A stretch of DNA of 64,000 bases from IMG/VR virus record IMGVR_UViG_3300033463_000001, positions 32,001 through 96,000 of that record. One strand, given 5' to 3'. Positions 1 through 8,361 of the stretch are shown in pieces. A model generated the notes under the pieces. That model was given only the letters and a program-made list of their open reading frames with translations, ran no database searches and had not been told where the DNA came from. This DNA comes from a virus (Duplodnaviria; Heunggongvirae; Uroviricota; Caudoviricetes). Every line of letters starts with the position of its first letter. The first letter of the stretch is position 1. A program made the translations under genes and the position numbers.

Positions 1-349
1 CTTCGCCGAGCATGTCGTAGCCGACGAGTTTTGTTGCAAAGCGTGCCTCAGATTCTAGGTAGTATACTTGGTGCCTCATTGGTTCGCCTTGGCTGTCAAG
101 TGCTTGAATGATATCACCTTCGTAGATTTCCTCTCCGTTCTTATCCAGAACGCCAGTGAATTGTCCTACTGTCTCCGGGATGACGTGATACTCACATTGG
201 CAATTACCACCGAGGTTGGTCACTATAAGACCTTCATTTTTATATTTTTCAGGGCATTCCTCATCTGGTTCACAATACCCGCCTGTTGCCCATTGTCCTG
301 CGTACTTACTATCGGCTACGCATTTGCCGCGAAATCGAATTGGTCTCAT
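1..349 (-). CDS. YopX-family phage protein (runs off left edge)
   Basis: Manual translation, not in ORF track: MRPIRFRGK...VIPETVGQFTGVLDKNGEEIYEGDII, the YopX signature. Confidence 0.85.
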   Translation of the reverse strand, partial: MRPIRFRGKCVADSKYAGQWATGGYCEPDEECPEKYKNEGLIVTNLGGNCQCEYHVIPETVGQFTGVLDKNGEEIYEGDIIQALDSQGEPMRHQVYYLESEARFATKLVGYDMLGE

Positions 350-350
350 G

Positions 351-548
351 TCAATCGTCATCGGTTATGTTTAACTTTCTGAGGTCAATCCCATCCACAC
401 TACCGTTCTCTACGGCGCGCCGGGCTTGCTTACTTAGATAGTGTTGTTTCTTCGTCCTACCGTGTTTACTTGGGCAGTAGATGCGTTCCTCTAGTGTATA
501 ACTCTCACTGGGTACGGCGTATATATTTGTTCGTTTGGACTTTTTCAT
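351..548 (-). CDS. hypothetical protein
   Basis: ORF packed in leftward operon. Confidence 0.65.
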   Translation of the reverse strand: MKKSKRTNIYAVPSESYTLEERIYCPSKHGRTKKQHYLSKQARRAVENGSVDGIDLRKLNITDDD

Positions 549-769
549 AGCGTATGAACTTTACTTATGTAGCATGTAACAGATTCGTCGTTATTGAACA
601 ATCTTTTCTCAATCTTATATACCAAGCCATCATTGAAGGTTGGTCTCACGTAGTCGCCGACGTTCGGTATAGTGCACAGGTTGTTTGTACTATAGATGAC
701 ATTGCTACCGTTAACCGGTTCAATTCTCATGTCTTGTTTGTACAAGACAAAATCTATTCTTGTTTTCAT
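545..769 (-). CDS. hypothetical protein
   Basis: ATGA overlaps with neighbours. Confidence 0.75.
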   Translation of the reverse strand: MKTRIDFVLYKQDMRIEPVNGSNVIYSTNNLCTIPNVGDYVRPTFNDGLVYKIEKRLFNNDESVTCYISKVHTL

Positions 770-990
770 TTGTTACTACATTTTTGTCCACCACATACTT
801 TCGCCCGACGAAGTAACTCGTTTCGCATTTCTTCATGCATTTTACTCATAGCCGTCATGCCGTAAGTGTTTGCACCGTAGAATGAATGCATTTGCATTCT
901 CAAAACCCACGAAGGAATTTTCGTTAAATCCACACCTTCTTCGAGGATTTGTTTCTCAAGCGCTTTAACGTCTTTTTCTTGTTTTGCCAT
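766..990 (-). CDS. hypothetical protein
   Basis: ATGA overlap, operon packing. Confidence 0.75.
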   Translation of the reverse strand: MAKQEKDVKALEKQILEEGVDLTKIPSWVLRMQMHSFYGANTYGMTAMSKMHEEMRNELLRRAKVCGGQKCSNK

Positions 991-994
991 TGTC

Positions 995-1393
995 TTAAAA
1001 ATTTAAAAATGGTGAAACACTAAATTGGTTACTATTATTATATTGGTAGTCGTAGTTAACGCACCAGAAGTTCTGACTTGGCCACGTACATTGATTCTCT
1101 AAAAGACCTTTTACTCTACCTTTGCGTAGGCTTTCCTGGTATTCTAAGAACTCATGTATGTAGTTTTGCGAGACATCGCCTTTCTTTTTGAATGCAAAGC
1201 ATCCGTATTTATTCCATGTTGCTACCGTTGGAATTATACCGGAATTGAACACATATGTATCATCTTCACACTTTGTATATCCGAAATAGTAGTAGTCATA
1301 GTCATCCGGATGTTCACTAAAGTATTGTTTGGCTCTACGACCAGCTTCTTCTACTAACTCTTCATATGATGCTGCTATGAAATTATCGTTCAT
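995..1393 (-). CDS. hypothetical protein
   Basis: operon packing. Confidence 0.8.
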   Translation of the reverse strand: MNDNFIAASYEELVEEAGRRAKQYFSEHPDDYDYYYFGYTKCEDDTYVFNSGIIPTVATWNKYGCFAFKKKGDVSQNYIHEFLEYQESLRKGRVKGLLENQCTWPSQNFWCVNYDYQYNNSNQFSVSPFLNF

Positions 1394-1399
1394 ACGTTG

Positions 1400-1825
1400 T
1401 TATTGTTCAACAATTTTGTATTTCCAATCATCCTCGTGCTCGGTGTAGTACGGCTGTTCATACTCAATACCGGTTGGACTGATACAGCTTAGCCTGAAAT
1501 ACAGGTGCCACAGACACGGGTATTCGGAGTTATAGTCAGATAACACTCTCCTGATGTGTGATATGTGCACCTCACCTTCCTTGAAATTCTTGAACAAGTC
1601 ACTGAAGGCAGGTATTGTCTTAGCACAGATATCTATGAATTTTGCGCATAGCACTTTCACAGTGGTAATGTCGTGTCGCACCGCATACACATCCTTTGCC
1701 TTTTTACCTAACTGTTTGTGGATATCCTCGCACTGATTATACAGTCGCTCGTATTTCTCAGCTTCCCGCTTAGAGTTGAATCGGGTGCCATCTGATGCTT
1801 CGTATATTTTTACTTCTCGTATCAT
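1400..1825 (-). CDS. hypothetical phage protein
   Basis: N-terminal YEASDGTRFNSKREAEKYE motif common in phage proteins. Confidence 0.8.
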   Translation of the reverse strand: MIREVKIYEASDGTRFNSKREAEKYERLYNQCEDIHKQLGKKAKDVYAVRHDITTVKVLCAKFIDICAKTIPAFSDLFKNFKEGEVHISHIRRVLSDYNSEYPCLWHLYFRLSCISPTGIEYEQPYYTEHEDDWKYKIVEQ

Positions 1826-2394
1826 ATGCCTTCTTTTAGAATTAAGTTACCTTCTGAGTCAATTCCTGCGTAGCATTTTAGGCTGTGGCAGGATTCCTTC
1901 CAAGCATCGTGCTCGCTGTTCAACTTTGTTATCTGTTCTTCGGTTAGTTCACCATTCTTCTTCTTGATGGCCATATCCATGAAGTATTTCCATCTGTTCC
2001 TGTTTTGTCTATCGAGCTCTCGTGCTTTTCGAATGGCGTTGGTTAGTGATATTAAACGTTCTTGTATATTGCGCGTCTTCTCCTCAACCGGCATTGCGTC
2101 AACAACGTCCTGCGGTATATGTAAATCTTCTACCAGGCACTTATTCACTCCGATATTGAACATATCACTGTCAATACCGTCACTCATATCGTACCCGAAG
2201 TACTCCCAGCGCTCTACAATGAACAACTCAATTGCGTCACATGCCAGGCATACAATTGCCGAACTTACCTTTCCATCCTCGGAAAAATCAGTACGTGAAT
2301 ATTGTTCGCCGCGCCGTATTGTCTTGCCGCAATACATGCACTCATATTCCTTGCGTGCAAACGGCTTGCTTGTATTTATTAATGCTACTCCCAT
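1822..2394 (-). CDS. zinc-finger-containing phage protein
   Basis: ARKEYECMYC...I.RGEQY...CLAC (two CxxC pairs). Confidence 0.75.
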   Translation of the reverse strand: MGVALINTSKPFARKEYECMYCGKTIRRGEQYSRTDFSEDGKVSSAIVCLACDAIELFIVERWEYFGYDMSDGIDSDMFNIGVNKCLVEDLHIPQDVVDAMPVEEKTRNIQERLISLTNAIRKARELDRQNRNRWKYFMDMAIKKKNGELTEEQITKLNSEHDAWKESCHSLKCYAGIDSEGNLILKEGI

Positions 2395-2397
2395 GTT

Positions 2398-2832
2398 TTA
2401 ATTTCCTTTAAAGAAAACAATTACGCGGTACGGAATCTCACAGTATGGTGTTGAGTAATACCGCACGATATCTTTTACTTCTCTGATTTCGTTATCCATG
2501 TCGCGCCACTTGCTGAAACGAATATTGAAATCCGACAATCCAATCGTTCCGTAGCGCCCGCACTCAGCAAAGTCATCCTTCACAGCCTGCATCAGCGAGA
2601 CATTGTACCAATAGAATGTTCGGCCTTTGTGCAGCAGGACTTCCTCTTTATTGAGAATCTTCTCTCTCAACTCCTTAGACAACTCATACTCATCCACTTC
2701 ATCCAGGTCAGGGCACGCCTTCTTCATTGTTGCAGAACACTCGTAGGCGTACTTCCCACCAATCTCAGCCAGTTTCCATCGTTGTTCTTCACTGTCGTAT
2801 ACTTCGACAATCTTGTATAGTTTTACTTCCAT
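2398..2832 (-). CDS. hypothetical protein
   Basis: start moved to MEVK (2832) to avoid overlapping 2837-3151. Confidence 0.75.
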   Translation of the reverse strand: MEVKLYKIVEVYDSEEQRWKLAEIGGKYAYECSATMKKACPDLDEVDEYELSKELREKILNKEEVLLHKGRTFYWYNVSLMQAVKDDFAECGRYGTIGLSDFNIRFSKWRDMDNEIREVKDIVRYYSTPYCEIPYRVIVFFKGN

Positions 2833-2836
2833 GATG

Positions 2837-3151
2837 TCAGTTATTCTTCTTTGGTTTGAAGACGAAATATGCATCAAAGGGTTCATCGCCGTACGATGGC
2901 TTCTCGTACTCAACATCCCAACCCTGTTCGCTATATGTATTTTCAATATCCAACCAGTGTTTCTTAAACACCTCTCCACGCGTTGGCATGCCGTCGTCCG
3001 GGTCGCTACTGCATATCCTTGCGAGAATCTCATCTTGCTTGATATGCGATTGTGTGCCATCCCACTTCTCTTGAATGAGTTTATTCACTGCCTCGATAAC
3101 AAAATCGGGGATAATCAGTTTAACGTCACAGGGACGAATAGGTGTTACCAT
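2837..3151 (-). CDS. hypothetical phage protein
   Basis: operon packing, protein-like composition. Confidence 0.8.
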   Translation of the reverse strand: MVTPIRPCDVKLIIPDFVIEAVNKLIQEKWDGTQSHIKQDEILARICSSDPDDGMPTRGEVFKKHWLDIENTYSEQGWDVEYEKPSYGDEPFDAYFVFKPKKNN

Positions 3152-3352
3152 ATATTATTCTTTATTAACAAGTAATTTGGTTAGTCCACTTTGTTTGAGT
3201 CGACCTATCTTAACCAATTCACGTTCCTTTCTCAACACCTCTGCAATCTTCTTGCAATCCAAAGGCTGGAACGGGCGCTTTCCTGCATCTACATACAATG
3301 CTTTGTAATCAAAATCTTTCATACGTCAATCCGTGCGTTTTTCAATTTCGGT

Positions 3353-3386
3353 TGCAAAGATATGTAAAATTTTCCATATATGCAAA
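3353..3386 (-). promoter_or_regulatory. Bacteroidota sigma-A-type promoter (no upstream palindrome)
   Basis: minus strand TTTG...TATCTTTG. Confidence 0.75.
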
Positions 3387-3836
3387 TCCTTTGGCGTTTT
3401 TATCAACACAATCACCCAATTTGTGCATTTTGCCACACAGGACATTCACCTTTGCTAATATAGTCCCAACGAAGCGAATTGTGTCACACCTGGACTAAAA
3501 AAATATGAAATGTTCACCCATCATACACCGTTCCACGCAACCGAACACCACAACAACACCGAACACCTTAATGGAAAAAATTCCTGTGTAACACTACCCT
3601 TACTCTAAAAAATTCCGTGACACCTGGACTCAAATACCCCAGACATAGAAAATATTCCTTCCCAAATCCACCACAGCCAACACTGATTTGGGAAACTATA
3701 ACCACTACACAATACCGATACCTATCCACCATCCAACATACACACACCATACTTAGACAATTCCAGTAACTACCTGCACAACACATACCACTACACAACA
3801 GATAACGTGGATACTCCAGTGCAATGAGGTCTGAAC

Positions 3837-3911
3837 ACTAGAATACGGAAGACGACAATACTGTAGACTAGAACATAGCAAACTAGAACACAGTAGACTA
3901 GAATACGGCTG
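3837..3911. repeat. degenerate 15-bp tandem repeat x5 in a non-coding block
   Basis: actagaatacggaag/acgacaatactgtag/actagaacatagcaa/actagaacacagtag/actagaatacggctg. Confidence 0.7.
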
Positions 3912-4441
3912 CGTAGCGGGCTGTGATGGCGCAGCGTAAGAGACGTAACGTAGTGAACGTGGCGTAGTGAATAGAATGTATTGTGAAGAAACGCAATATG
4001 CAGAAATACTACTATGGAATTTGTTTGGGTGTGGTATAGTGATTAGCGATAAGGACACAGCGTAATACTACTACGTGGACGGACGAAAATACAGCCGTGG
4101 AAATACTGCTGTAAAAATGGACTTGGAGGCGCCCGTAAAACAGTGAAAATCAGCCAAAATATTGTTCGCCGAGAATTTTTTCCAATTTTTTCCAAAATTT
4201 TCAAAAAATTTTCCCCACTTTTTAAGTCACCTAATGGGACCACCCTTTTGTTGACATTTTGTCACAAAAACACCGGATTTTCGTGCAAAGTGTAAGTTTT
4301 GCCTATAGGGAAATTTTGAAAAATCTGGCATTTTGTCACATTTCTTGGTTTTGGCATGGAAATTAACCCAACGGACGTCTCCTGGCCTATAGAGACAAAA
4401 AAAATGGGAGATGTTCTCTCCCATTCATAATCTCTGTGTTA

Positions 4442-4807
4442 TTAGTCCGGTTCGTTCATGAAGTAACCCTTACCGGTCTTCTGGTAGTTTTGGTATCTCA
4501 AGTTCATTGGGGTTCCAGTAGCGAAGCCTCCGTAGTTGGGGCGTGAGTTCTTAGTTGTCTGGATTGCCTGTTTGATTCGTTGTAGCACGTCCTGTGGTAT
4601 TTCATTCTGTGGAACCTTAGCCACATTGAGTATTTCCTTTGCGTGTTTGATAATCCATTGAGAGCTTGTTTCGTGACGGATGTTATCGTAGAGGTTATTG
4701 ATAGTGTACTCGTTATGGCCTCCTTGGTATTTGCGGTAGGTATCGATTTCGTTGACTACCTTACTGATGCTTTCGTCGATGATGGTGTTAAGTTTATCTT
4801 CTGTCAT
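4442..4807 (-). CDS. hypothetical protein with N-terminal ES motif (candidate virion-internal)
   Basis: MTEDKLNTIIDESISKVVNE; TATTTAT motif upstream. Confidence 0.75.
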   Translation of the reverse strand: MTEDKLNTIIDESISKVVNEIDTYRKYQGGHNEYTINNLYDNIRHETSSQWIIKHAKEILNVAKVPQNEIPQDVLQRIKQAIQTTKNSRPNYGGFATGTPMNLRYQNYQKTGKGYFMNEPD

Positions 4808-4955
4808 AGTTGTGTTATGTGTATCTAGTAATAAATACTCTGTATGGTAGGATTGTGCATATAAAGAGAAAAAGAACACCCGTGCTTCACAGCATGAGAT
4901 GTTCAATGAAAATTAAAAAATACAAAACACTAAATGCCTTTCGACAAGTTTGATA

Positions 4956-5032
4956 TGGTCGGGATAGCGGGATTCGAACCCACGTGCTCTTGATTCCAAT
5001 TCAAGCGAGATAAACCACTCCTCTACATCCCG
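4956..5032 (-). tRNA. tRNA-Pro(TGG)
   Basis: cloverleaf, cttga-AT TGG AA-tcaag, CCA encoded, A32. Confidence 0.9.
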
Positions 5033-5063
5033 TTGATACTGATAATATCATTTCTTTTTTGTT

Positions 5064-5093
5064 GCGGAACGAGCCGCTACTCGTTTCGCTTCT
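5064..5093 (+). terminator. hairpin plus T-run, copy 1 (antisense to tRNA operon)
   Basis: gcggaacgag-ccgcta-ctcgtttcgc-ttct. Confidence 0.5.
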
Positions 5094-5097
5094 TGTG

Positions 5098-5171
5098 CGG
5101 TTCGGGCAAGACTTGAACTTGCGACCCTCTGCTTAACAGGCAGACGCTCTAACCAACTGAGCTACCGAACC
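5098..5171 (-). tRNA. tRNA-Asn(GTT)
   Basis: cloverleaf, tctgc-CT GTT AA-gcaga. Confidence 0.92.
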
Positions 5172-5176
5172 GAATG

Positions 5177-5250
5177 TACCCCGAATGGGATTCGAACCCA
5201 CACTGTCAGGATTCTAAGTCCTGTGCCTCTACCAATTGGACTACCGAGGT
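5177..5250 (-). tRNA. tRNA-Leu(TAG), short variable loop
   Basis: cagga-CT TAG AA-tcctg, A73. Confidence 0.88.
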
Positions 5251-5265
5251 GTTGAGAGCAGGTTG

Positions 5266-5676
5266 TTACGCCTGCTTTACCTCAATGGTCGGATTCCTTT
5301 CCTCAGGTTTGAACGTGGCGAATTGCCAGTCGATAACCCTCTGGATGAATCTGTCTACAGTGCTATCTGACAGTTCTCCGTCGCACAGGTCATTGCCGCG
5401 AGTCCAGTCCTCGAAGGGTCGCTCACAGCGATTATTCACGCCCGCGATTAAGTTCCAATACTGAGTGCCGTCTTGCCTGTAGACGAGTCCCATAACCGCA
5501 GAGAAACGATATCTGTCATTGGCTTCAATGTACATGCGGTATAAACATTCGTCCTCGGTGCTTTTCTCTAAGTAGACTTTCCCGGCGAAGTAATAAGCAA
5601 AGCGTTTGAGTTCCGGATGTTCCAGTACGAAAGCAGTCCAATCTGCTTGTTCAAATCCATCGTGGTTGTTAAACAT
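5266..5676 (-). CDS. hypothetical protein
   Basis: ORF fills gap between tRNAs. Confidence 0.75.
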   Translation of the reverse strand: MFNNHDGFEQADWTAFVLEHPELKRFAYYFAGKVYLEKSTEDECLYRMYIEANDRYRFSAVMGLVYRQDGTQYWNLIAGVNNRCERPFEDWTRGNDLCDGELSDSTVDRFIQRVIDWQFATFKPEERNPTIEVKQA

Positions 5677-5709
5677 ATCTGTTGTTGTTTGTTAGCGTGT
5701 GTATTCCGG

Positions 5710-5783
5710 AGACAACGGCCAGATTCGGACTGGCGAATACTAGTTTTGCAGACTAGCCCCTTAGACCACTTGGGTACGTTGTC
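5710..5783 (-). tRNA. tRNA-Cys(GCA)
   Basis: ctagt-CT GCA AA-actag, U73, T-loop TCCGAAT. Confidence 0.88.
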
Positions 5784-5813
5784 AGCTCTATAAATTTCAT
5801 TTTTTTTCTTGTT

Positions 5814-5844
5814 GCGGAACGAACCGCTATTCGTTTCGCTTTTT
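5814..5844 (+). terminator. hairpin plus T-run, copy 2
   Basis: gcggaacgaa-ccgcta-ttcgtttcgc-ttttt; compensatory change relative to copy 1. Confidence 0.55.
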
Positions 5845-5845
5845 C

Positions 5846-5973
5846 GTGGCAGCGTAGCAAGGATTGGTTATGACGCCTACCAATCAGCTGTTACTCGTCT
5901 ATATGCGAATTCCGCAATCGTTGATGTTATCTCAGCGGCGTGCGCCAGTGACGTAGACTTTCACATGCTCCAC
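5846..5973 (-). ncRNA. candidate small structured RNA
   Basis: closed multi-stem fold with possible ACGCC/GGCGT pseudoknot; strand uncertain. Confidence 0.4.
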
Positions 5974-5979
5974 TCTGTG

Positions 5980-6053
5980 TACCCCGAATTGGATTCGAAC
6001 CAACACTGTATACGCTCTGAACGTATTGCCTCTTCCAGTTGGACTACCGGGGC
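5980..6053 (-). tRNA. tRNA-Leu(CAG), short variable loop
   Basis: atacg-TT CAG AG-cgtat. Confidence 0.88.
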
Positions 6054-6074
6054 ATTGTTGCTTACTCAGCATTG

Positions 6075-6148
6075 TACCCCTGGAAGGATTCGAACCTTCA
6101 CTGGCCAGATTTTGAATCTGGTGCCTCTACCGATTGGACTACAGGGGC
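6075..6148 (-). tRNA. tRNA-Leu(CAA), short variable loop
   Basis: ccaga-TT CAA AA-tctgg. Confidence 0.88.
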
Positions 6149-6156
6149 ATTTTGTG

Positions 6157-6230
6157 TACCCCGCCTGGGATTCGAACCCAGACTGAACAGGGTTTAAGCC
6201 TGATACCTCTACCTATTGGGTTAGCGGGGT
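6157..6230 (-). tRNA. tRNA-Leu(TAA), short variable loop
   Basis: cagg-CT TAA AC-cctg. Confidence 0.85.
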
Positions 6231-6317
6231 GTGTTACAGCACCTCGCATAATCGATTGCACACAGAAAGCTCTGCTGTGGCAACCGTCCTAATATGGTAG
6301 AATTTATATTCCATCGA

Positions 6318-6983
6318 TTATATTAAATTCGTTTCTAGGTATTTGTTTTCTTCTTCATATCCACCCGCGATGAGTATGTCCGTTACCTCTATATCATCCA
6401 GGCCTTGTGTGTGACTAACGCCATCTCTATTGTCCAGGTACCACACCTCTTTGAAGTAACATGCCAGCACCGGTATAATGGGAATCATCTGTGAGTCCCC
6501 GGAGATAACTAGTGTGCGGCCGTTATGTACTCCATTATTGATAATCCTGCTACACTTATGAGGGAATGCGTAGAGGTTATGGTATTGTGTCAATGATTCA
6601 TCTTTGTTCTTCCCATTCCTGATAAAGTCAAAGGACATGTTGCGGAAAAACATATCGTCTGTCAGGTTATACACATCAAACCGTCGTCTTTTGTTTGGTT
6701 CTAGGTAAGATACATCATGTCCTTCGTGGCGCCTCTCGACCAGCTTGAAATCATTAACATTATAACCAAAGTGCAAGAGCTTTTCAATAGTCGGCAACAC
6801 ATAATCGATGTGGTAAAACGGCTTGAAGTGATGCTCGTTGAGTGCATACGTCTTATACATCGAGTTCCTGACAATGGGAAGCTTGGTTGCGTCCGGTGGG
6901 AATAAGTCACAGTTGCGAATCTTATTCTTGCTTGGATAAACGATGTATTTCGTTATGTCGCGGTGTTTGGTTATGTCGTACAT
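6318..6983 (-). CDS. SGNH/AlgX-DHHW-like protein
   Basis: TLVISGDSQMIPIIPVLACYFKEVWYLDNR resembles the GDS block of DHHW/AlgJ-like proteins. Confidence 0.5.
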   Translation of the reverse strand: MYDITKHRDITKYIVYPSKNKIRNCDLFPPDATKLPIVRNSMYKTYALNEHHFKPFYHIDYVLPTIEKLLHFGYNVNDFKLVERRHEGHDVSYLEPNKRRRFDVYNLTDDMFFRNMSFDFIRNGKNKDESLTQYHNLYAFPHKCSRIINNGVHNGRTLVISGDSQMIPIIPVLACYFKEVWYLDNRDGVSHTQGLDDIEVTDILIAGGYEEENKYLETNLI

Positions 6984-7030
6984 AGTGTGTGTTTTACTTC
7001 TACAATAAATAGAGATTCAACACAATTCTT

Positions 7031-7106
7031 TGGTAGTCAAAACGGGATTCGAACCCGTGTTTCCTCCGTGAAAGAGAGATGTCCTAGGCCACTAGACGAT
7101 ATGACT
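7031..7106 (-). tRNA. tRNA-Glu(TTC)
   Basis: cloverleaf, CT TTC AC loop, CCA encoded. Confidence 0.9.
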
Positions 7107-7110
7107 GTTG

Positions 7111-7182
7111 CGGACCGGGATGGAATTGAACCACCGACGCGAGGCTCTTCAGGCCTCCGCTCTACCACTGAGCTACCAGTCC
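7111..7182 (-). tRNA. tRNA-Phe(GAA)
   Basis: gaggc-CT GAA GA-gcctc; G73. Confidence 0.88.
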
Positions 7183-7185
7183 AAA

Positions 7186-7261
7186 TAGTCCCGTGTGGGC
7201 TTTCACCACAGACCTCCGCCTTATCGGTGCGGCGCTCTATTTTACTCTGAGCTACGAGACT
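7186..7261 (-). tRNA. tRNA-Ile(GAT), non-canonical
   Basis: ccgca-CC GAT AA-ggcgg (C33), T-loop TGAAAGC. Confidence 0.65.
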
Positions 7262-7856
7262 ATTGTATTGATTGTGCTGCGGCTCTCCTGGATTTATACC
7301 ATTGATATAGCACATAGCACATTGCGCAAATGAACATCACATATAGACCATCACCGACAGGAGTTGGGTTTTCTGGGTAAACAGTAACAGCACCACTTCC
7401 TGGTTTCTTACCATCTAACGTCCACCAATGATACCATAATCCCAGATAAGTGTTCCATCTGTCCCAAGTATTACCACCGTCGTTTGTACGCCACCAATAG
7501 GTTCCGTCCCACCTATATTCGTACCCATCTTCCCACATCCCGTTTGTCGGATTGCCTTGCGTGGAGTTGCCGGTGTCGTATTCGCTGCCATCTCCCCCAT
7601 ACACTACAACCCGTCTGGACTGCGGCCTTCCACCTCCTGAACCTTGGCCTTGACCATTATCCTGGGGTGTCCCACCGTTGCGCCCGGAACCGTTCATGTA
7701 GTACTGCCGTGATGTCTGACCATACCCATCCATTGTGTGGCCGTATCTATATGTATTCTGTTCTGGTATGCGTTGTTGTTGGTTGTGGATGGGAGTATAG
7801 GATGGAAGTAAAAGTGCCACCAACAACAGGAAAAGTATTTTGTATATTTGTTTCAT
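7260..7856 (-). CDS. exported protein with PID-CTERM-like C-terminal anchor
   Basis: signal peptide, Gly/Gln-rich linker, Trp-rich Asp-box-like segment, PVGDG + TM helix + KSRR. Confidence 0.7.
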   Translation of the reverse strand: MKQIYKILFLLLVALLLPSYTPIHNQQQRIPEQNTYRYGHTMDGYGQTSRQYYMNGSGRNGGTPQDNGQGQGSGGGRPQSRRVVVYGGDGSEYDTGNSTQGNPTNGMWEDGYEYRWDGTYWWRTNDGGNTWDRWNTYLGLWYHWWTLDGKKPGSGAVTVYPENPTPVGDGLYVMFICAMCYVLYQWYKSRRAAAQSIQ

Positions 7857-7860
7857 AATG

Positions 7861-7947
7861 CGGAGGCGGTAGGATTCGAACCTACGGAGCCTTTTACAGC
7901 TCGCCGGTTTAGCATACCGGTGGTTTCAACCACTCACCCACGCCTCC
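7861..7947 (-). tRNA. tRNA-Ser(GCT)
   Basis: long variable arm, ccggt-AT GCT AA-accgg, A32. Confidence 0.92.
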
Positions 7948-7978
7948 TCGTTAGGAGTGCATCCTCATTATAAATATG

Positions 7979-8063
7979 CGGAAGGAGAGGGATTCGAACC
8001 CCCGGACCTTTGCAGGCCTCCGGTTTTCAAGACCGGCGCGATAGACCACTCCGCCATCCTTCC
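7979..8063 (-). tRNA. tRNA-Ser(TGA)
   Basis: long variable arm, ccggt-CT TGA AA-accgg, G73. Confidence 0.92.
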
Positions 8064-8071
8064 AATATGTG

Positions 8072-8145
8072 TACCCCCTGTCAGATTCGAACTGACACTG
8101 TATAGGTTCTTAGCCTATTGCCTCTACCGATTGGACTAAAGGGGT
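8072..8145 (-). tRNA. tRNA-Leu(AAG), short variable loop
   Basis: atagg-CT AAG AA-cctat; A34. Confidence 0.85.
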
Positions 8146-8182
8146 GTGTACAGCACTTTCTGATACGTAATCTCCAGCTGTC

Positions 8183-8259
8183 TGGCGGCCACAACGGGAC
8201 TCGAACCCGTAACCCCCGGCGTGACAGGCCGGAATTCTAGCCAGTTGAACTATGTGACC
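8183..8259 (-). tRNA. tRNA-Asp(GTC)
   Basis: ccggc-CT GTC AC-gccgg, CCA encoded. Confidence 0.93.
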
Positions 8260-8265
8260 AATTTG

Positions 8266-8361
8266 TGGGAGGAGAGAGACTCGAACTCCCCTACTGCTAG
8301 AGTCCACTACGACGATTTGATGAAGCAGACGAGTTTTACAGACTCGTGCCGTTATCCTCCC
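8266..8361 (-). tRNA. tRNA-Tyr(GTA)-like, D-armless with enlarged variable arm
   Basis: perfect 7-bp acceptor, cgagt-CT GTA AA-actcg, T-arm present, 8-nt D replacement, ~38-nt variable region. Confidence 0.7.

Noticed and set aside
3568-4424. Short minus-strand ORFs in the skewed block
   Set aside because: Low-complexity translations (C/V/S-rich) produced by the repeats and strand skew
5177-8063. Suppressor tRNAs
   Set aside because: Anticodons TAG, TAA and TGA read CTA, TTA and TCA (Leu, Leu, Ser); no CTA, TTA or TCA anticodon was found
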